A DNA stretch of 64,000 nt from Tubiluchus corallicola (lineage: Eukaryota; Animalia; Priapulida): positions 124,001 to 188,000 of the forward strand of contig JAQGDQ010000022.1 of assembly GCA_030141605.1 (NCBI GenBank), in the 5' to 3' direction. Each line of letters opens with the position of its first letter. The first letter of the stretch is position 1. The notes beneath the pieces are model-generated. The model made no database searches and had not been told where the DNA came from. It saw nothing but the letters and a program-made list of their open reading frames with translations. Made by a program: the position numbers and the translations under genes. Positions 1 through 12,070 of the stretch are shown here, one piece after another.

Positions 1-2
1 TA

Positions 3-971
3 TGTGCCTTCGGATTAGTGGCCAATGTTTTAAATTTAATCGTGCTTACTCAAAAGAACATGATTTCGCCCACAAATAGCATTTTGACAGGTTTAGCAGT
101 CGCGGATATGCTAGTAATGCTGGCTAGTCTACCGTTTACAATTTGCTATCACATTCTGTTTTTAAAGGAGGAACACAAAGACAAAGGCGGTACTTATGCT
201 TGGAATGTCTTTGCGATTGTGCAAACGCAACTAACGATAACTTTTCACACCATATCTATATGGCTGACAGTGCTTCTAGCCATCTTCAGGTATGTGACTA
301 TTAGTTACCCTTCGCATAGCCGCGCGTGGTGTAACCTGTACAGGGCAAAACAGGCCATATTCACCGCATACATCGCCTCGGCAATAATATGCATTCCTAA
401 TTACCTTAATTACGTCGTCGAAGTAACAGATGATAACGTAACATCATACCAGATATCTTTCTCGGACATGGCCATCGCTCACGATGGTCTATTGAAGAAC
501 ATCAACTTTTGGATATACGGTGTGATTGTGAAAGTAATTCCTTGTATCGCACTGACAATGCTCAGTAGCCTTCTAATGCGTGTCCTTTTTGTTGCCAATA
601 AGAGAAAGCAGAAATTGACTTCAAAGCAGGGCCGCTTAGAAGCAGACAAAACGTGTGATCGCACCACACGGATGTTGTTGGTGATTCTCTTGTTGTTCCT
701 CATAACAGAGTTTCCCCAGGGAATTCTGGCTCTCTTAAGCGGAATGCTGGGAGATCCTTTTTTCCGCAATGTTTATATGCCGCTAGGTGACGTGATGGAC
801 ACGCTAGCTTTGGCTAATTGCGCAGTAAATTTTATTCTCTATTGCACAATGAGCAAACAATTTCGCATGACATTCAAAGAAACTGTACTGCCCAAAGTCT
901 GTGTTGAGGATAAATGGACTCGGCTAGTGCCTAACCATCGACCTAGTGTACAAATGAAATCGTTCGTCTGA
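3..971 (+). CDS. Class A neuropeptide GPCR, myosuppressin/myomodulin receptor-like (DmsR/dmsr family); 5'-partial
   Basis: Seven hydrophobic segments with family-type motifs NSILTGLAVADMLVM, HTISIWLTVLLAIFRY, NFWIYGVIVKVIPC, DRTTRMLLVILLLFLITEFPQG and NFILYCTMSKQFR. The frame is open back to position 3 (CAFGLVANVLN, TM1), so the GTG at 18 is not the real start. No intron from TM1 to the TGA at 969-971. Confidence 0.92.
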   Translation, partial: CAFGLVANVLNLIVLTQKNMISPTNSILTGLAVADMLVMLASLPFTICYHILFLKEEHKDKGGTYAWNVFAIVQTQLTITFHTISIWLTVLLAIFRYVTISYPSHSRAWCNLYRAKQAIFTAYIASAIICIPNYLNYVVEVTDDNVTSYQISFSDMAIAHDGLLKNINFWIYGVIVKVIPCIALTMLSSLLMRVLFVANKRKQKLTSKQGRLEADKTCDRTTRMLLVILLLFLITEFPQGILALLSGMLGDPFFRNVYMPLGDVMDTLALANCAVNFILYCTMSKQFRMTFKETVLPKVCVEDKWTRLVPNHRPSVQMKSFV

Positions 972-3619
972 CCGTAACGGCCACTCCTTCCTTGCTCGGC
1001 TATTCACTAACACTCACATCGCTCTTTGAGCATATCTCTATGTTACTTGTTACTGATTAAGAGGTTACAGAAAGGCTTAATACAGTTTATATCTCTGCAC
1101 AGTTATTGCTTCCCTAGGATCAGATGCCTGTGTATCTTGAATGCTGTTATACATTATTGTTTCTGTGCTGTCCCTGCTGCCTACAATAAACTCGCTCGTA
1201 TTTACCTAATTATTGACTACTGGGTTCGCGTCAGCGTGCAATACATGTGTTTAAACAAACCTGACAGGGAATTCATATACACACCAGTTGCAGATTTGTA
1301 AAGTGACAGGTAGTTAATGAACATCAGATGTATGAATTTATCTCCACGCATACTACCCAGGTATATAAACTGTTTTTTTATCTAAAAATATCTGGACAAA
1401 CTCTTGAGCGACGGTGCGTGAAATTTTTCGCCTTTCTTTTCAGATTTCACATAAAGGAAGCCAGCCGTTACAGGTGTGCATTAATTGCAGTGATCATTAT
1501 TGCACGTTGCAGTGCACGTGTGCAGGCAATTGAAGCCACGTATCATGTTTATGCTGGGTGGTGATATTTACAACACTGATTAGTGCATCCGCTGCGTGAA
1601 AATATCCCGCGTACAAGCTCAGATATTCTTCATTATCACAAACGAACTTCGGTTATCATTGAAAACATGACAAAACTCGGCCGGAAAGGGTGTAACGAAG
1701 CCATACTGAACGCTTCACGTGCAGTCTATTACCGCTTAATTGACTAAGCATGAGTTTTGACAGAGATTCATTAGAGAACAGAAGATTAGAATGCGATCAT
1801 TTCGCGCCCAACTTCCCGTATCCTCTTTGTTAGTCAAGCCTAATAAATACGCTTTGTCACTTAACTCTGGAATTGATTAAAATGGAAAAATTGATTTAAT
1901 TAGTCTCAGAGGACTGTTAGGAAGCTGTAAATGGCTCACTTTTGTCAACTAAGGTTCGCCACTGAAGGGTAATTATAAATATTGTGTTCTGAGGGATAAT
2001 TATAAATACTTCAGTAGTTTATTGTAGTCTTACGATTTTCTGTTGAAGATTGTAAAAAAGGTTAATAAAATTATTCTCTTCTTCACACCAAAGCACAGTA
2101 TTCCAACTTGCAATTGCTTACCGAGCGCTCATCGAACGAATGTACAAAGCGTAATGCATTCCTCAAAATGTCCTGTTTACACTAATTTACTTTAGCGCGA
2201 TGTTTAGGATTTGTTCACATTTTTGCATTTGTAGCGAGAGTATGCTTATACAATATAATTTTCACAAATGAAAAAATAGCTGCACGCTTACAAAACCAAA
2301 AGTAATTTCAAGTTTCCTCATATAAAGCAAGCTGGTGTCTGTAGCAACTGTTGATTTTACAAGCATGTGTACCAAGCCTTATATTTAGCTAAGTAAAGCT
2401 ATACATAGAACAAACTTAGCCTGACCATCAGGCTGATAGATAGATATATATGTTCTTAGAATGTTAACACAATAGACACACTGCCGATTTTGTGACTCCA
2501 AAATTAGTTTGTCGATAGATTACTAACATTTTATTTCCTCATAGCCCTATGACCTTGAATATAGAATATATATGCGGTTTGCTCTCATCTGCAAAATTAG
2601 ACGACGCCAAACTTGGTGAGTAAATGAATGAGACACCACTAAGGAAATCGCCCAATCGCCCTTTTCGTGACAGTTTTATCTGCCACTCCGTCCACTGTTT
2701 AGCCCCTATAGGAGAAGATGTATGATGAATAGATATACCCTAACATGTCTAAGACATCTCTGCTTGCTTAATATCTGATCTTAAGGACTACTATCTTTGA
2801 TAGTCATTTAAGAGGATTAGCTTTGATAATTAAATTAACTTTGTTCCTGCCATAAACCTCTTTATTAAGTTGGTCCAGTATTTAATAAAGTGCAGGTAGA
2901 AATCACATTCAATTAAAGTAAATATTAGAAATTTTGCAGCATTCTAATGAAGATTGTTGTTGGAATAAACATGTGGTAACTCAAATGTTCCAAAAGTATT
3001 TTTATTTTTATTATGATAACATCGCAATGTTAGTGCTGCAAAATTTCTCTAACTTAATTGTCTTGCAGTGCGACAGTTCATTTTATTAAAAATCTCTTAT
3101 TTTTGTCGCATAAATTTGGTCTTTAGTAAAGCTTTATCCACAGAAATATTATCTATTACTGCCATCTGGCGCATCAACTTTTTTACCAACATGTCTTGTA
3201 CTCTTTTTTTATATTAATTGTTGATATGATGTACTGTAATTAGTGCTTGCAGATTAAAAAGATTTCGATTACCTTTTTAATTGTTTAGATGGACCAACAG
3301 TTTCCAAAATTGCCAAACAAGTAATCAGAGGGACAATCCAATTAACCAGAATCTTGATCGAATCATCGTGTGTTTTAAACATAATTTATGTTTTTTGTTG
3401 CATAGGAAATTCATTTCTCTAAGAAAATATAAGCGACAGTTTCTATCTTTACAATGCCATCGAAGGTTAATTAAAATATTGTCAAAGCAGAAGTGCTAAA
3501 AAGGGAGACGTATTAAGGGGTAAACTCCTTCAACATTTTCAACATTTATTTCAACATTTTATTTGCTAATTGTAGTACAGTTTCCAAAATACTAAAGTAA
3601 TTTATGAAAAAGTAATAAA

Positions 3620-3621
<2 letters not shown>

Positions 3622-3715
<94 letters not shown>
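3622..3715. repeat. (TAA)n microsatellite
   Basis: About 31 perfect TAA units. Confidence 0.97.
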
Positions 3716-6700
3716 TTTTCCAAATGTACCAAAAATTGATTTTTTTAAAAAAAATGCTCCATATTGTAGTGCAAATTTGTATTGATATATTACGAAAAAG
3801 CACTGCTTAATGTGTTTTAGTAAAAATTTATTCAACATTAATATATAAACGTATTTTGTAAATATTTAAATAAATAAAATAAATAAAAATAAATAAATTT
3901 TCAGCTAAATAATTTCAATTTTTCGTGGAAATTGTATACTATTACGGTTATCATGACCTATATGTATATCCTATATTCCTATTTACATATATGCTCCCGG
4001 CTTATCTTCAAAATAATAAATGTCTGTTAGAAATTCAGAACGCAAAAAAGAAATAAATGGGAGAGCAGTTCGTAATATTTTCAATAATCCATTATTTAGT
4101 TCTGATACCTCAAATGTCGTACCGATTTAACTATTTATTTTTATCTTAATTGGTTCATGATTTCTGATTCCCTTGATGAGTTAACATTTGTTGTAGGTTT
4201 AATAAAGATGACTAAGTTTGAAACACATCCATCGTCGAAAATTGCTTTTTGATTTTGGCAACAAAAAAACAAAAACAAGTGAAACTAGGCAAGGGAAACT
4301 GTTGACAAAAAACGAGCATGTGTAGCTGATCACAAAAATATTCCAAGCACACTTAGGCCTAGCAGTGAGAGCTCTTTAAGTGTGAAAAAAAACTCTTTAA
4401 GATTAAGATGATACTCAGTGCGGAATTACAGGCGTAAAATTATTGAGTAGCATATGAACTGAGAGTTCAAGGTGTCAAACGACACCCTTGACACTCCACG
4501 ACACATTGCATGTGCGTCAACAATATAAACTTCACGAATGGAAGCGCGTGAATGAATGTCTTATTGATTTTTAATCGTTAAGGCAACTTTCAGTGCACTC
4601 ATTGTGCAACTGTTAACAAACCACTCGAAGACTTAAGTTTAGCAAATTTTAACTTAACTCTGGCAAGAACTGTATAGAAAATCTCTCAAATAGAGGACAT
4701 AGGGAAGTGCTGACCCTGTTCACACGACTGTACTTGCACAAAAGTGCGCTCACGCATTCGATTGCCATTTGAGTGCTCCTTTATTACGTTCACTTGACTA
4801 AAAAATCGTTTTTTCAGTCCAGTACGAAATGGCTTCGTAGAACGCTAGTCTATTACTCTAAAACTATATCATGACCACTAGTCAAACTCTTATGATCATT
4901 GCAGGTCTTAATTCAACCCTTATAGCTCTTCAGCCAATCTAACATTTCAAAGTGTTATTTTACTCCCACTAGAGTAATTAATAACTAAATCGACTACTTT
5001 CTGTGATTAACGTAGTGTCTGGAATCATACCAACCTCTTTACTTATGTCTATCTAAACTGCAGTTTTCATTTTCATATATCCGAAAAGTCATTTCTCGAT
5101 TCTTCTTAGAAAAGGGCAACCACAGTGTAGACTATCATGCGAGCTCATGGCAATTACGTCTCATGGCATAAAATTGCACCAAAATTGCTGGTCTGCTGCC
5201 TGTCAGCTCATCATATCCTGTTATCAATGTAAAGCCTGCCTTTTATCAAATTACACCGTAGGCTTCGGTTACTCGCACTCGCAGCAGCTTTTAAATTCTC
5301 CATGCATCGGTTTTGGATTGTCGTTATAAAATTCACATTTCTTCATGAAGAAAAACGGGCGATGCATTAACGACGCATGCTATAGCCTTTGCTAAACACT
5401 CCCGTTTATGGGTTTCTGTAATACTTTAATGGACACGTGGAATATTAATGTTCGCAGATGTACACACATTCTAATTAGTAATTTATGGACCGAACAGCGG
5501 TTCTTTGAAAAGAAGTTTATTATTTTTCAAATCTGTCGCAAGATCACAAGCGTAAAATCGAGCTTGGGTAATACGCACGACGGCTCATAATAAATTAAAA
5601 TAAGCTATAAGTGAAAATAATGATAATCATAATGATAATTTGTATTATGGAGTAAGCTGTTAAATCTTGAAAACCGATCATACTTTGCTTTCATGTTTTC
5701 CATGTTTGACCGACTAAGCACTTTTTTTCTTTAATTTAATCCTATTTGAATTTAAGTTAAAGTTCTTTATTTTTTGCTAATGAGTGGCACAGATGTCATT
5801 ACCAAATTTATTGTGAAAAAACCGTTGGTCGACAGTGCCGCACGCCACAATACGTTATTTGGCACTTAACGTATGGTCTGCTTATTATATTGTGGTTGTG
5901 GCGGGACCGAAATCTGTCTATTTATCAAAAGAAATCCTCTGACCAGCAGACGTGTCTTAACCCAGTTTGGGTGTATATAATACATCCTAAACAAAAATGG
6001 TTCACGAAACTGCACCGAAGCAATTTTTGGGATGGTCAGCCATCCATTCACTAATTAGACCATCTTTGCCTATTTTTTTAACAAAAGGCAATACTAAACA
6101 ACTAATAATTTTACTTCCTTGTTGATGTAATTGCATGGCAGTGTAGCAGGGTACCACACAGCAGATATTCAGAAAAAGCATAAAAGAAGAAATTTTAGTT
6201 TTTAACATATTTAATTCGAAAGCAATTTAAAGAATCATTTTAAAAACGAAAGTATATTTGATACGACTGTAAATTTTACTGCTGAGCTATGAACTTTTGA
6301 AATGTTCATTAGTCATTACTTTTGGATTAATTTGTACAGTTCTGAATTTCCATTCAGAAGGTTTTTAGTTACATTTTGCATTCTTGTAGAGTAGTCTGCG
6401 CTTCGGTGTCGTTATAAACATTTTACTGTGCATGTCAACGGCTGTTTTAGCTTTAATGTGCTTTAAAGTAAACTAATAAGCAAATAAAGCTTTTTTATTA
6501 CAAGCTAATTTTTTCAGTATTTTTCTTAACTCATAGAGGCAGTAAGTGCGCATGTACAAAAAGAAAGTCGTAGTCAAGCGGCGCTTCGTCGTTCGTTTCG
6601 TGTTTCATATGCGAACCCTTAATTAATTCGTTTCTAAATCATTTGCCGCAAATTACTAAAGGCAAACCAACGGCAAAAGCTGTTCTCTAACAACCAGTAT

Positions 6701-7586
6701 TCAGTGCTGAATGAAGCAGCATTGAAAGCGTTCGAATGCACTCTAAATGAAATAGATTGAAATAGAAAACTGCGTTCATGTCAATCGATGTAGCGCCAAC
6801 GACAGGCTCGTCACATGGAGGGGCAACCGATTTTTCCGACACGTTTATTTCATACTTTTTATTAGCATCACATGCGTGGAACGTACAAATGCTCAGTAAC
6901 TGCAAGCCGAAAAAGTTAAGCGACATATGGTCAGTCACTTAAGTATAGAGGAGGTTAAAAGGATAGATAAAAAGGCTTATTTTTATACAGTTGTTATGGT
7001 CAGTCTTATGTGCTAATTCAACTTATTTGTTTGTATTTGAAGTTTATTTCAGCACGTTAATGCCATGCAAGTAATAACAAAAAGCTGCAGCAATAAACGC
7101 TAAGTACAAACATTTTCGTTATCATCAGCGTCGGCACTGTCCTTGCCTCTGTTACTACTGCTGATGTCGTTTGTTGCTTCGTTATCTCTTCAGTAGAAGA
7201 AAGCTAATTTTCCACTTTGCTGTTCACTATTGTATGCTATTTGAAGACACTTCACAATCACTAAGTGATCAGTCATGGCATAATAAAAGCCATTAAACAC
7301 AATTACAAGCTATCCTTTTTCTATTACGGCCCCGTAGTTTTGCAGTAGCTGTGGCGTTAATTGAGTGCTGTTAACTGCCGGGAAGTGGTTTCCTAATTAA
7401 TTTTCTGTATCATTAACGGCTTTTATACATGTGCACAGTATTCTCGTAGGTCATTAACCACTTTCCATTATTGTTTCCTCTAAGAATCCGCAAGGTAGTT
7501 ATGTTTTGTTTGCCTATTCGTAAGTTAATAAATTGGTAGCTGTTGGTAAATTGCTTGGTTGATCGTTAGTTGGTTAGTTACTAATT

Positions 7587-7757
7587 CAGTCAGTCAGTCA
7601 GTCAGTCAGTCAGTCAGTCAGTCAGTCAGTCAGTCAGTCAGTCAGTCAGTCAGTCAGTCAGTCAGTCAGTCAGTCAGTCAGTTAGTCAGTCAGTCAGTCA
7701 GACAGTCAGTCAGTCAGACAGTCAGTCAGTCAGCAAGTCAGTCGGTCAGTCAGACAG
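7587..7757. repeat. (CAGT)n tetranucleotide microsatellite
   Basis: Long perfect CAGT run that decays at its 3' end. Confidence 0.97.
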
Positions 7758-7925
7758 TTAAGTTGTTTGTTTATTTAGTTATCCATCTCAAAAAGTGATT
7801 TCAAAATGAAATTTTGAAAAGTAGTCACTGTGTAGGTCCACAGAGCGCGTTTTCATGTTCTTCACCAAACATCTAACGAAGATTGGTTATAGTTGGCGGT
7901 TATCGTTATAGTTTTGGTTGCCATT

Positions 7926-8060
7926 ACTGCTGCTGCTGTTGTTGTTGTTGTTTTTGCTTTTGCTGTTGGTGGTTGTTATTGTCGTCGTCATTGTCGTTGT
8001 CATCGCCGCCGTTGTTCTCACTGGAGAACTGTCGCTGTCGTTGTTGTTTTTGCTATTATT
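7926..8060. repeat. Degenerate (GTT/GCT/GTC)n trinucleotide tract
   Basis: Mixed trinucleotide low-complexity sequence. Confidence 0.85.
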
Positions 8061-8914
8061 ATATTCGCAAATAATATCACAGTAAAGTGTTTCTAAGAAT
8101 ACACTATACTTGCATATAGTTTCATGATAATTTTAGTTCAATGTGTGTCACACGTGCTGGAAAATTAGCACTATTGCATGAGTACGTGTTTTAAGTGGTG
8201 CAAATAAACTTTTAAGTACACAAGTGTTAATAAATGCAGGAAACGCTATTACAGACACCACCTTAAGGTAATGATTAAAGGATTAACTGAATATGTTAAA
8301 CTGATTTAATTATTATAATGTCAGTGAGGTTTTTCGAGAAGTGGTAAAGCTGCTTAACCACCATAAATCTTTTTTATTAACTAATTATCACATATGGGCA
8401 ATTTCCGTATCGCTTTTTAGGCGTCTGTTCTATAAAGTGCTAAGATGTTCATTAAATAATAATAGGCGCATTACGTTTAATTTTACGTTTTATACACGTA
8501 CAAAAAGTACTAAAACGCGGGTGTAATAAAAATAGATACTCTGTGATAAAACTCAGCTTTTGCACCCCGATTTTATGGCCTAATTCTGCACTTCCCTGTT
8601 AACTGATAAAGTAAGGCCAATGTAAAAACAACCCTCCAAGGCAGTGCGAAATGCCAATGTATTTATTTGGGATACCCAGCTTGCTTTTTAATACTGTTTT
8701 GCACCTTCTTTTAAAAAAAATTATCCCTTAATTGTTTACTTAATTGCTTTGAATGACGATAAAATAGGTCAAGCTACAGCAAGAAGCCAGTCTTGCGCAG
8801 CGACAGTCGATTATTTTGGCAGGTAAACCGCTTTGCCACACAATTAGTGGAAAGAAGGAAAGGCCTTTTCAGTGCTTTTAATTCTTCTTACTTAGGGTAT
8901 TGTTGGTTTACGTA

Positions 8915-9333
8915 CTGACATGGGCATGCGCAGTGAACAAATCGGAATCTGTATCTATTGGAGAAGAAGGGGGAGAAACCAAGAGACTATATGAACTGCG
9001 CAATTAATGAAGTTGTTTAAACCCCACGTGGTGTTGCTGTCAAGCATAGACACGCTCGTCGTACCTTTGGCCAGAAATTTTATTTACAGGATCGCTAGTT
9101 AAGAACATGGAAACATGCACTACAGTGATACTTCTTATACCGCATCTATTCTGTTTAAATAATAATCCTGTTAAGAATACCAAGTTTGTAACAAAAAAGT
9201 GAAATTTGTGAAACTGAATTGAACAGAAAATACGGCTTAATAAAAAGGATAAAATCTACGGTATTGTAAAATTTTACGTGTGATGTGCCCTTACATAAAA
9301 CGGACCCATGGTGCGGCAATATAGCAAAACAAT
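8915..9333 (+). repeat. Diverged ~420-bp direct repeat, copy 1 (copy 2 at 10547-10978)
   Basis: Collinear shared blocks ggcatgcg, atgaactgcgca, tggaaacatgca, ccaagtttgtaacaaaaaagtgaaa and gaaactgaattgaacagaaaa. Confidence 0.9.
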
Positions 9334-10546
9334 GAATGTACTCTTTCATTTTCATATAATTGTACTTGTTTAATGTTTATAGTCGTTGAACTGCATCTTG
9401 TAGCAATAGGACTATCATTTAGTACCATTCTATAGAGATTGTCAAATTTGCACGGTATGCTCTTTATAATGCGCTACATTGACTGTGAATGGATAAAATT
9501 ACGAACCTTTCACGATGGTATATTCCCACAGTGACTTTTTTAATGGAACGAAAATGTAAATTATGACAGAGAGTGTCGTACATTATAATATTTTTGCCCC
9601 ACGCGGAGTGATTCACATGCGTGCAATGTCAGGCTTTATTATTGCAGTAAGTAGGCCCTGGAGGGTTTCTGCTTCTAAAGTAAATCCCATAGAGTGTAAT
9701 CATTCATGTTATTAATTTTGTTATTGAACTACATTTGGACATAAAAGGGCTGTACTAATGGTGTTATATTTACATTAGTGCACAGCCGACACGTCTCGTA
9801 AAAGAAAAAATTGATTATATTTCAGTTGGGCATTATGATCATTACAATGAACTAGACAAACTCCCTGAATAACAGCTAATCATCTATGCTGGTTACACTC
9901 AAGTCATTTTCGCTTTGAATTATCAGTAGATCGACCATTCCACTAAGGGCAATTATACTTGCATCAAGATTAATCTGTTGTAAACGTCTACTTGTGTTTC
10001 TGCACCTACATATATTTAAATTTAACTTCTGAAACAGTTATGCTCCTATTTCATTTCGCTCCTGCTTCATTTTGTTCCATTCTGATTGGCTTCATTGGAT
10101 TATAATCCATTTTGTGTTTTTTCCATTTCATTGTATGAATTCTGTTTTTCAATATTTCAGTCTATAATGTTGGAAAGAACATTCTCCTCTTGAAAATTCG
10201 CTATGCAGGCAAGAATACCTTGTTGTCCACATGACGGTTTTCATTGCTTCAATTTCTCAGTCCTAATTACGGTATAAGGGAAATTTTTATCTTGTTTATT
10301 AGTATTAATTAAGATACATCTCCTACTTGCTACAGTAAGAGAAAGGTACTGCTTTTCTTCTGTTCAGTTCTGCTGTTTGCATAATTTTTTGCATAGTTTT
10401 GTTGATATGATAAGACACTGTTTGGTTGTTCCTTAAAAAAACTCATTTGAAGTTCTAAATCTTGTACTACTTATCTGAAATAATCTACCTATCCACCACA
10501 GTTGCTGACCGAAGACAACCACGTGCACAGCCAAAATACAACACAG

Positions 10547-10978
10547 CTGACAGGGGCATGCGTAGGGAACAAATAGAAAATCTGTATTTTTTGGAGAAGG
10601 GGGAGAACCAAGGGGCTCTATGAACTGCGCAGTTAATGATGGTGTTTAGACTCCACGCGATGATGCTCTCAAGCACAGCTCACTCATACCTCTGACCAAA
10701 AATTTCATTTTATAGGGGTGGAATCGCTGATAAAGAAAATGGAAACATGCAATACATTTGCTACTACATGCACTACATTCCAAGTTTGTAACAAAAAAGT
10801 GAAAACCGCGAAACTGAATTGAACAGAAAACTCGGCTTACAGTTTGTTATGACCAGTGTGTTATATGGTTTAAACAAAAAGGATTAAATCTAGGGTATTA
10901 TATAATTTTATTTATGTAATATTATGTAATATGCTTTACTTAAAGCTAACCCATGCTGCGACACTATGGCAAAAACAA
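10547..10978 (+). repeat. Diverged ~430-bp direct repeat, copy 2
   Basis: Same blocks in the same order as 8915-9333, with indels. Confidence 0.9.
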
Positions 10979-11924
10979 CTAACGAAAGCATGTTGCTTTA
11001 TTGCTACTTTCACCTTTGTAAATATTGGTCACGATTGTAATTGTTAAGCTGCCCACAATACCAATTTAAATTTCTTGATTTCTAGAAAATTGCTCATTTA
11101 AGTTAATATGCTTTCTGCGATCTTTGGGGAATGCAGTACGTAGTCGCCTTAAAATTGAAATTTCGCTATGTGTGATCGACTGGAATTGCAAACAAGCCAC
11201 ACAGAGTCACAGTGGAAATTATCAGACCTCTTCCAATACTCCTGCTGTGCCAGAATTGCACTGAAAGAAAGTAATTTGGTTATAGTTTAGAATTGTGTCC
11301 TTCGAGGATAGGTGGTTATATGTGACAGTAAAACTGATGTGTTTTGACCGTGCTCGTGGAGCGTGGTCTGTAGCACCGGCTCCAGGGATTGCTTCCTGAT
11401 TACGTTTTAATAAACATGCAGGGGGAGCTTAGCATTCTAAGCTAATTCTTTGCTAATTCGCAAATGTATTTCTGACAATTTGAAGAACACTGAAGACAGC
11501 AACAACTACAATGAATTCAATGTCTACAACAACAGTTGCTGTAACAGCCTCTGTAACAGTAACAAGTACAAAATTGAAATTAATGACAGCACTGACCACT
11601 TATCGCCCACCAACAAAAACAGCAGCAGCAATAGATGACAAAAAGTAACTGGTACCTAGAAATGGCTTACAAAAGGAAATAAAGTGAATTTTATCGCATT
11701 GCGAAAAGGACGCGCCATTGATCCCAACGCAGTATGTAATTACACGATGACAACCATTTCTTTAGGACTGTAGTGCATCAGGCTCTAAAACGGGTACATG
11801 AATTACGCAGAACTGGAATTTAGTTTAGTAAGAACAAAGTAACTCAGATTGCAGACGATAGTTGCGAATTTAGCTTGAAGACTGACATGCTTTATCATGA
11901 TATTGTAAACTTGCTATTCACTAC

Positions 11925-12070
11925 TGTTTGCTACTGTGCTGCTGCTTCTGTTGCTGTTCTTGTTGCTGTTGCCACAGCCACTACTGCTGCTATTAGTGCT
12001 ACTACTATTACTCTTACTGCGATTGCTACTGCTGCTGCTACCATCATTATTACTACTACTACTATTATTT
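11925..12070. repeat. Degenerate (CTG/CTA/GTT)n tract
   Basis: Mixed trinucleotide repeat. Confidence 0.85.

Noticed and set aside
3513-4400. Possible Kolobok-type end TTAA-GGGGTAAACTCC
   Set aside because: No convincing inverted partner; the candidates near 4370-4400 match poorly.
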